A stretch of 64,000 nucleotides of DNA, taken from contig JAJZDI010000007.1 in the NCBI GenBank assembly GCA_021806045.1, positions 42,803-106,802 of the forward strand, written 5' to 3'. Position 1 is the first letter of the stretch, and each line of letters starts with the position of its first letter. This DNA is from Actinomycetes bacterium (lineage in GTDB: Bacteria; Actinomycetota; Acidimicrobiia; Acidimicrobiales; RAAP-2). The notes beneath the pieces are model-generated. The model had not been told where the DNA came from. It saw only the letters and a program-made list of their open reading frames with translations, and searched no databases. This document shows, piece by piece, positions 6,943 through 13,799 of this stretch. Both the position numbers and the translations under genes were made by a program.

Positions 6943-9507
6943 ATGACCACCCATCCCCCCGCGAGCGATTCCGAGCGCGTCGCCGAGGGTGCCCCCGGGC
7001 CCGGCCCGAACAGCCCGAACAGCTCCGAGGGCGCGAGCGACGACCGGCGGGCGCTCCTCCGGGCCGCCCTCGACGCCCCCGACGAGTACCCCGCCGACCG
7101 GTTCTCCGGGCGCGGCATCGTCATCTGCGCCGGCGGGGCCCGCCTCATCACCGGCGCCTGGGTGACGATCAACGTCTTGCGCCGCACCCTCGGGTGCACC
7201 CTCCCCATCCAGGTGTGGCACCTGGGGACCGCCGAGCTGGGGCCGTTCGAACGGACCCTCTTCGAGGACCTGGGGGTGGAGGTCGTCGACGCGGCCGAAG
7301 TACGGCGGACCCACCCGGTCCGCCTCCTCGGGGGCTGGGAGCTCAAGCCCTACGCGCTGGCCCACTGCCGCTTCGCCGAGGTCCTCCTCCTCGACGCCGA
7401 CAACGTCCCCGCAGCCGACCCGACGCCCCTCTTCGACGCCTGGCAGCTGGACGAGGGGGGCGGTGCCGCCTTCTGGCCCGACGTCGAGCGCCTCACCGAG
7501 GCCAGCCCCATCTGGGACCTGGTCGGCCTCCCCTACCGGCCCGTCACCTCGTTCGAGACGGGCCAGGTCCTCCTACGCAAGGCGGACGTGTGGCACCCGC
7601 TGATGGTGGCCCTGCACCTGAACGCCCACTCCGACCTCTACTACCGGTACCTCAACGGGGACAAGGACACCTTCCTCTTCGCCTGGCTGCTCACCGGGCG
7701 CCGCTGGGCCATGCCCGGCACGCCCCCCCAGGTCCTCTCCCACACCGTCTACCAGCACGACTTCGAGGGACGGGTGACCTTCCAGCACCGGACCGGCGCC
7801 AAGTGGGTGCTGCGCGGCGACAACCGCGCCGAGCCCGGGTTCGCCCTCGAGGCCGAGTGCCTGGCCTACGTGCGTGAGCTCCGCGCCCTGTGGTCCGGGC
7901 GCATGGTCCGCATCCCCGAACGGTCCCCGGCCGCGCAGGACGCCGAACGTGTCCTGGCCACGACCCGGTGGTTCAGCTACGAGCGCCTCGGCGCCGACAC
8001 CCGGCTCCTCGAGCTCCGCAACGGCCACCGGGTCGGCCGGGGCTTCAGCCCGCACGAGCGTGCCTGGTATGTGGAGGATGGAACGGACGCCGGACCCGAT
8101 GAGCCTGATGGACCTGCTGGCGCCGACCCTGGCGGACCGGCCGGACCGCCGGCCGCGCTCCGGCTCGTCCTCCTCGGCGACGACAGCGTCACCTGCCGCC
8201 TCACCCCCGGCGACGACGGCACCTGGCGGGGAACCTGGGAGCACACACCTGGGTTCGAGGTGGAGCTCACCCCCGTGCACGAGGAAGCTGGCGTCGCTGG
8301 CGTCAATGGCAGCGCCGTTGGCACCGGCGGCGCGGTCGACATCGCCACCGGGAACGTCCCCGGCGCCAGCGGTCCCGTCCCCGGCGCACCGATGGAGGCA
8401 CCGACCCCGGTCGGCCTCGACACCGACCAGGTCCGCGGCCTGCTGGCCCACCTGTCGGCCGGCGGGCGCACCGGGGCCGAGCGTGACGCCATGGTCACCA
8501 CACTGGCCACCCTCGCCGGCGCCTTCCCCGGGCTCACCGCCCGGCTACGCCACGAGCTCACCCTGTGGGAGGCGAGAGGCGACGAGCTGGTGTGCGACGC
8601 CATCAGGGCCGCCATCGACGAGGCGGACCGGCAGGACGCCCGGGCCGGTACCCCGTCACTGCACGGGCGGCGCAACCCGGGGGCACGGCCCGAGGGGTCC
8701 CGGCCCGAGTGGCGCTACGAGCCCCTGCCCTCGCCCCCGGCGGCCACCGATCCCCGGGTGCTGGTGCTCACCCCGGTGAAGGACGCCGAAGAACACCTCG
8801 ACCGCTACTTCGAGCTGCTCGGCCGGCTCGACTTCCCGCCGGACCGCCTGTCGCTGGGCATCCTCGAAGGTGACAGCACCGATGGCACCTGGGCCGCCCT
8901 GACCGCCCGTCAGGGCGAACTGCGCCGCCGGTACCGCCGGGTGACGCTCCTCCGGCGGGACTTCGGGTTCCGGCTGCCGCCCGGCGTCCCCCGCTGGAAC
9001 CACGCCTTCCAGCTGGCCCGCCGGACGGTCCTGGCCCGGGCCAGGAACCACCTCCTCGTCGGTGCCCTGGGCGACGAGGACTGGGTCCTGTGGCTCGACG
9101 TGGACGTGTGCGACTACCCCCCGACCGTCCTCCGCGACCTGCTCGCCGCCGGCCGCGACATCGTCCAGCCCCACTGCGTGGTGGAGTACGGCGGGCCCAC
9201 GTTCGACTGGAACGCCTGGCGGGAGCACGGTCAGGTGCGGATGGACCAGCTGCGGGGCGGCCCCGACCTGATCCGCCTGGACGCCGTGGGCGGGACCATG
9301 CTCCTGGTGCGGGCGGACGCCCACCGCAACGGGCTCGTCTTCCCCCCCATGCTCTACGGCGGTGGGAGCCGGTGGGCGCGCGACCCCCACCCCGTGTTCC
9401 GTGCTCCGGGCGAGGTCGAGACGGAGGGCCTCGGGATCATGGCCAAGGACATGGGCTACGAGTGCTGGGGCATGCCCAACCTCGAGATCGTCCACGCCGA
9501 CCGGTGA
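6943..9507 (+). CDS. Bifunctional glycosyltransferase: GT71-like (Mnn1/Mnn2-type) N-domain fused to GT62-like (Mnn9/Anp1-type) C-domain
   Basis: The N-domain (~7108-7830) has GIVICAGG...[21 protein letters not shown] and GDKDTF. The C-domain (~8754-9504) has [45 protein letters not shown] and [26 protein letters not shown]. No signal peptide or TM segment is present. Confidence 0.75.
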   Translation: [854 protein letters not shown]

Positions 9508-9520
9508 CCGCCCCGGGCGC

Positions 9521-9568
9521 CCCGTCACCGGCCCGGACCGGACCCCGGTGACCGGACCGGACCGGACC
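9521..9568 (+). repeat. 2 x 24-bp tandem repeat in the spacer before the GT4 gene
   Basis: CCCGTCACCGGCCCGGACCGGACC is followed by CCGGTGACCGGACCGGACCGGACC, with a partial third unit that contains the GTG start at 9572. Confidence 0.7.
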
Positions 9569-9571
9569 GCG

Positions 9572-11017
9572 GTGAGCGGCTCCCGCCTCCTCTTCGTCAC
9601 CCCCGAGCCGCCCTCGGCCACCGGCGGGGGCCTGGCCATGCGGGCCGGCTCCGTCCTCGGCGCCCTGGCCGGTGCCGGGTGGGAGGTGCACGTCCTCGTC
9701 GTGCCGGTCCACGGGGACCGCCCCGGCGGCGGTGGGCCCCTGGTGACCCGGTTCGCGGCCGCCTACGACGTGCTCGACCTCGACGCGCTGGCTCCGGAGA
9801 GCCGCCGGCAGGCCGCCCTCGACGTGCTCGGTGACCCGGCCCTACGCCTGGCGCTCACCGCCACCTCCCCCCGACCGGCACCGTGCCGCCAGCTCGGTGG
9901 GGCCGTGGTCCGGGCCGTGACCGACCGTGCACTGGGCATGGGGCGGGAGGCAGGCGTCTCGTTCGACGCCGTCCACGTGCTGCGCCTGTACCTGGCACCG
10001 GTGCTCGACGCCCTGCTGGCCCGGCCCGACCGGCCGCAGATCACCCTGGACGTGGACGAGGACGACGCCTCCGTGGCCGGGCAGCTCCACGCGCTCGGGC
10101 GGGCGGGCGCCCGTGGCGGCCTCGTGCCCGCCGACCTGCCGGACCCGGGTGAGGACGCCGGCGACGCTCCCGCCTACGCCCCCGCCTACGAGCGCCTGCA
10201 GCGCTGGTACCTGCCCCGGGTGGACCGGGTGGCGGTGGCCAGCGCCGACGAGGCGGGCCGTCTCGAGGCCCGGTCCGGACTGGCCACCGGCACGATCGTG
10301 GTGGTGCCGAACGAGGTGCCGGCCACGGGTACGAGCACGGGTACGAGCACGGGTACGAGCACGGGTACGAGCACGGGTACGAGCACGGGTACGAGCACGG
10401 GTACGGGCACGGGCACGGGTACGGGCACGGCACCGGTCACCACCGACCTGCTGCTGGTGGGGAACTTCTCGTGGCCACCCAATGCCGACGCGGCGGTGGT
10501 CCTGTGCGACGCCGTCCGGCCCGCCCTGGCCGATGCCCTCGGCCGGCCGGTGACGGTGGCACTGGTGGGGAAGGACCCCCCGCCGGAGGTGCGTCGGCTC
10601 GGCGGGACCGCCGGGGTGACGGTGACCGGGTTCGTGGGCGACGTCGGCCCCTACTACGCTGCCGCCGGTGTGGCAGCCGTTCCCATGCGTGCCGGCGGTG
10701 GGTCCCGCATCAAGATCCTCGAGGCCATGGACCGCGGCGTCCCGGTGGTGACCACCGAGGCCGGAGCCGCCGGCCTCGACGCCGGCTCGACGCCACCGCC
10801 CGTCGTGGTGGCCCGCTCCGTCGAGGCCTTCGTCGACGGGTGCCGGCTGGTGCTGGACGATGCCGCCTGGCGCGCCCGCACGGTCCGGGCCGCCCGGCGC
10901 TGGGTGCGGGACCACCACGGTCCGCCGGCGGTGGCCACGGCCATGGGCGCCCTCGTCGGTGCCCCCGGGCGCAGGCCCCCCCGTCCTGCGGCGCGCAGAG
11001 GCAGCGATGACGGATGA
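9572..11017 (+). CDS. GT4-family (GT-B) glycosyltransferase with low-complexity (GTST)n hinge insertion
   Basis: LLFVTPEP...GGGLAMRA N-terminus. The C-domain has LLLVGNFSWPPN ... GGSRIKILEAMDRGVPVVTT (E-x7-E region). The GTG start is at 9572. Confidence 0.8.
   Translation: MSGSRLLFVTPEPPSATGGGLAMRAGSVLGALAGAGWEVHVLVVPVHGDRPGGGGPLVTRFAAAYDVLDLDALAPESRRQAALDVLGDPALRLALTATSPRPAPCRQLGGAVVRAVTDRALGMGREAGVSFDAVHVLRLYLAPVLDALLARPDRPQITLDVDEDDASVAGQLHALGRAGARGGLVPADLPDPGEDAGDAPAYAPAYERLQRWYLPRVDRVAVASADEAGRLEARSGLATGTIVVVPNEVPATGTSTGTSTGTSTGTSTGTSTGTSTGTGTGTGTGTAPVTTDLLLVGNFSWPPNADAAVVLCDAVRPALADALGRPVTVALVGKDPPPEVRRLGGTAGVTVTGFVGDVGPYYAAAGVAAVPMRAGGGSRIKILEAMDRGVPVVTTEAGAAGLDAGSTPPPVVVARSVEAFVDGCRLVLDDAAWRARTVRAARRWVRDHHGPPAVATAMGALVGAPGRRPPRPAARRGSDDG
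10325..10432 (+). repeat. In-frame 12-bp tandem repeat (GGTACGAGCACG x6, then GGTACGGGCACG-type variants)
   Basis: Six perfect units and then degenerate units are read directly from the sequence. They encode TGTSTGTSTGTSTGTSTGTSTGTSTGTGTGTGTGT between the two Rossmann halves of the GT4. Confidence 0.95.
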
Positions 11018-11342
11018 CGCCGCCGGCCTCGAGCGCCGGCCACGCAAGGTCCCCGACCTCGAGATCAGCCAGATCGTCGACGGCTACGTCGTGTACGACC
11101 CGGCCACCGACCGCATCCACTACCTGAACCACACGGCGTCCGTGGTCCTCGAACTGTGCGACGGCGAGCTGCCGGTCGACCGCATCGTCGACCTCGTCCA
11201 GGGCGCGTGGGACCTTCCCGAGCGGCCCGTCGACGAGGTCGAGGCGTGCGTGGCCCGGTTCGAGCGGGTGGGGCTGGTGGTCGACGCGGCACCACCGGAC
11301 CATGCCGATGACGGGCAGGCGGTGCCGGGCGACCCCGGATGA
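11007..11342 (+). CDS. PqqD-family (RRE-type) peptide chaperone
   Basis: 111 aa. The segment ISQIVDGYVVYDPATDRIHYLNHTASVVLELCDGELPVDRIVDLV...DEVEACVARFERVGLV matches the PqqD pattern. The gene overlaps the GT4 stop by 11 nt. Confidence 0.75.
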   Translation: MTDDAAGLERRPRKVPDLEISQIVDGYVVYDPATDRIHYLNHTASVVLELCDGELPVDRIVDLVQGAWDLPERPVDEVEACVARFERVGLVVDAAPPDHADDGQAVPGDPG

Positions 11343-12310
11343 CGGGGGTGGGGACGGCGGACCACCAGCCGATCGAGGTGCAGGTGCTGGGGGCGGCCAC
11401 CCGGCTGACCCTCGACCCATCGGTGGCCGGCGCTCTCCATCCCACCCTCGCCCTTGCCGCCCAGCGCGCACGCCAACCCGAGGCGGACCCGGCGTGGGAG
11501 GAGCTGCGTGCTGTTGCCGCCGCTCCCGGCGGCGGGGGAACGCTCCCGCTCCCGCTGTTCGCCCTGGAGCGGGAAGACGGCACCCGTCTCGCCAGCGGCG
11601 ACTCCATGACGCTGTTGAACGGCCTCCTGGCCGACGTCGAGGCCCGGGCCGCCGCCCGGGAGGGCGCCAGCGTGGTCGTGCGGGCCGGCTGCGTCCGCAT
11701 CGGCGACCGGCGTGTCGTCCTCACCGGCTGGGGGGCGCCGGGGGTGACCACCGTGCTGCTGGCCCTCGGGCGCCGTGGCCACGTGCTCGAGACCGACAGC
11801 CAGCTGTTCCTGGCTGTGGGTGGGCTCAGTGCGGTGACGCGTCGGTTCCTGGTACGGCGCCACGCCGTCGACGTCCTCGACTGGCTGGACCCGGTGCTGG
11901 CGGCGACACCGTGGCTCCAGAACCGGGCCGGCGAGACGGTCCACACCGTGGACCCCACCGCGTTCGGCATGGACTGGGAGGCGGGGCGGGGTCCCGTCGA
12001 CGCCGTCGTCGAACTGGAGGGCAACCACGGCGGCTCCAACCGGCTCCGACCCCGGTCCCGGTGGGAGGCGGTCCGGGCCCTCGCCGACCGGGCCCGCGAT
12101 CCGGCGGGTGGGCCCGGCGGGTCCCCGGCCCAGTGGCTCGGCCAGCTGTGCTCGGTGGTCGATCGGGCCCAGTGCCTGCGGCTCACGGTGGGCGATGCCG
12201 ACGGTGCGGCGACCCTCCTGGAGGAGGCGCTCTCGCAGGATCCGGCCGCGCCGACCGGCATGCACGGGCGGATCTTCGGTAGTGTGCACCAGATCGACCA
12301 AGGGGGGTAG
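11339..12310 (+). CDS. HPr-kinase-related (HprK-like) protein with degenerate P-loop
   Basis: VVVRAGCVRIGDRRVVLTGWGAPGVTTVLLALGRRGHVLETD is colinear with the HprK-like ...hAs.v...g..vll.G.sG.GKST.al.L...G..l.sD pattern. It has an ATGA overlap with the PqqD gene. Confidence 0.6.
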   Translation: MTGVGTADHQPIEVQVLGAATRLTLDPSVAGALHPTLALAAQRARQPEADPAWEELRAVAAAPGGGGTLPLPLFALEREDGTRLASGDSMTLLNGLLADVEARAAAREGASVVVRAGCVRIGDRRVVLTGWGAPGVTTVLLALGRRGHVLETDSQLFLAVGGLSAVTRRFLVRRHAVDVLDWLDPVLAATPWLQNRAGETVHTVDPTAFGMDWEAGRGPVDAVVELEGNHGGSNRLRPRSRWEAVRALADRARDPAGGPGGSPAQWLGQLCSVVDRAQCLRLTVGDADGAATLLEEALSQDPAAPTGMHGRIFGSVHQIDQGG

Positions 12311-12586
12311 GTGTCCGACGACGAGCTCGACAGGGAACTGCTCAAGCGGGTCCCGATGGACCGGAGGGAATTCGTCCGGCGGGCGGTGATCGGGGCCGCG
12401 TTCGCCGTGCCCGTGGTGGCATCGTTCGCTGCCGGCGAGCTGGCGGGCGGCCACCGGGCGTCGGCCACCCCCGAGCCTGCGTTCGCATCGAACCAGGAGG
12501 TCCCCCCGCTCGACATGCCCATCCTCGGTCATCGGGGCTACATCCCCTACGCCTACCACCCCTACCAGGTCGGCCTGGATGACTGA
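12311..12586 (+). CDS. Small secreted protein with twin-arginine signal peptide
   Basis: The GTG start follows the upstream TAG directly, with AAGGGGGG 5 nt upstream. The Tat motif is DRREFVRRAVIGAAFAVPVVASFA. The mature part (~50 aa) ends in a His/Tyr/Pro-rich tail. Confidence 0.6.
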   Translation: MSDDELDRELLKRVPMDRREFVRRAVIGAAFAVPVVASFAAGELAGGHRASATPEPAFASNQEVPPLDMPILGHRGYIPYAYHPYQVGLDD

Positions 12587-13799
12587 TGCGGACGGCTCGG
12601 TGCTGCTCAGCGCGGCACTGATCGTCCGCGACGAGGCCGAGCACCTTCCCGGCTGCCTGGCATCGTTGCACGAGCTCGTCGACGAGATCGTCGTCGTCGA
12701 CACCGGCTCCACCGACGGGTCCGCGGGCATCGCCGCGTCGGCCGGCGCACGCGTGTCCGACGTGCCCTGGAGCGGCGACTTCTCCGCCGCCCGCAACGCG
12801 GCGCTGGACCGGTGCCGGGGCACGTGGATCCTCTACATCGACGCCGACGAGCGGGTGCGCGCCGGCACGGCCGCCGCCACCCGGCAGGTGCTCGAGACGA
12901 GCGACGCGCTGGGCCTGCTGGTCGGCTTCACCCCGGCGACCGGGTTCACCTGGTACCGGGAGTGCCGCCTGTTCCGCAACGACCCCGCCATCCGGTTCGA
13001 GCGCCCCATCCACGAGCGGGTGGTGCCGGCCATCGAACGTCTCGGCCGCGCCCGACCGGGCACCGCCGCCACCGGGCCGGGCAGCGTGCCTGGCACCGGT
13101 CTCACCGGCGGGGCCGTGTGGGGGAGGGCCCCGCTCCACCTCGACCACCTCGGCTACGACAACGACCGGCCGGCCCGGCACCGCCGTGACCTCCCCCTGC
13201 TGGAGGGCGAGCTGGCCCGCCGGCCAGGCGACGTGTCGACCTGGTACCGCCTGGGCGTGGCCCGGGCCGGGCTCGGCGACGACCGCGGCGCCGAGGAGGC
13301 ATGGCGGCAGGGCGCCCGGGCGTCGGCGGACGAGGGCGACACCCACCCGCTGGGCGGCATGTGCCTGGTCGAGCTGGTGCGCCTGTGCGTGGAGCGGGGG
13401 GAGGACCCCGCCGGCCTGCTGGCCGGCGCCACCGCCCGGTTCCCCCGCAACCGGCTGCTCGTCTGGCAACGGGCCCGCCACCAGTTGGCGACCGGCGACC
13501 CGCGGCGTGCGGCCGACCTGTTCGCCGGCCTGGCCGCCACCGATCTGGAGGCCCTTGCCGGCGAGGGACTCGCCTACGACGCCCGCCTGTTCGGGTCGTG
13601 GGCGCACGACGGAGCCGGTGCGGCCGCGTTCGCGCTGGGCGACTACGAGGCGGCTGCCGCCGCGTACGCGGCGGCGGAGGCGGCCGAGCCGGGGGTGCTC
13701 GGCTACCGGGTGAAGCGGGTGGCCGCGGCCCGCCGGGCCGGGGCGGTCCGGTCGCACCCGGGGAGTACAGCGATGGTTCCGACGAGGAGGGCAGGCTGA
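12579..13799 (+). CDS. GT2 (GT-A) glycosyltransferase fused to a C-terminal TPR-like helical domain
   Basis: LSAALIVRDEAEHLPGCLAS...VVVDTGSTDGS...ILYIDADE. The Ala/Leu-rich TPR-like C-terminal half follows. The gene overlaps the upstream gene by 8 nt and the downstream gene by 1 nt. Confidence 0.8.
   Translation: MTDADGSVLLSAALIVRDEAEHLPGCLASLHELVDEIVVVDTGSTDGSAGIAASAGARVSDVPWSGDFSAARNAALDRCRGTWILYIDADERVRAGTAAATRQVLETSDALGLLVGFTPATGFTWYRECRLFRNDPAIRFERPIHERVVPAIERLGRARPGTAATGPGSVPGTGLTGGAVWGRAPLHLDHLGYDNDRPARHRRDLPLLEGELARRPGDVSTWYRLGVARAGLGDDRGAEEAWRQGARASADEGDTHPLGGMCLVELVRLCVERGEDPAGLLAGATARFPRNRLLVWQRARHQLATGDPRRAADLFAGLAATDLEALAGEGLAYDARLFGSWAHDGAGAAAFALGDYEAAAAAYAAAEAAEPGVLGYRVKRVAAARRAGAVRSHPGSTAMVPTRRAG

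Noticed and set aside
10325-10432. Possible CRISPR array or minisatellite outside genes
   Set aside because: The units are 12 bp, contiguous without spacers, in frame and inside a GT4 CDS. No cas genes are present in the window.
9842-11047. 401-aa minus-strand ORF antisense to the GT4 gene, and similar long ORFs such as 12342-13928(-), 14183-15343(-) and 15677-17206(-)
   Set aside because: The translations are Arg/Gly/Pro-rich with no motifs. Each lies opposite a plus-strand gene with clear family motifs. These are typical shadow ORFs of high-GC DNA.
13301-13798. Upstream 166 codons of the 1273-aa ORF for the surface protein
   Set aside because: This stretch overlaps the TPR half of the GT2-TPR gene in another frame and reads as Arg/Gly junk. 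ATG 13799 overlapping the upstream TGA is the sensible start.
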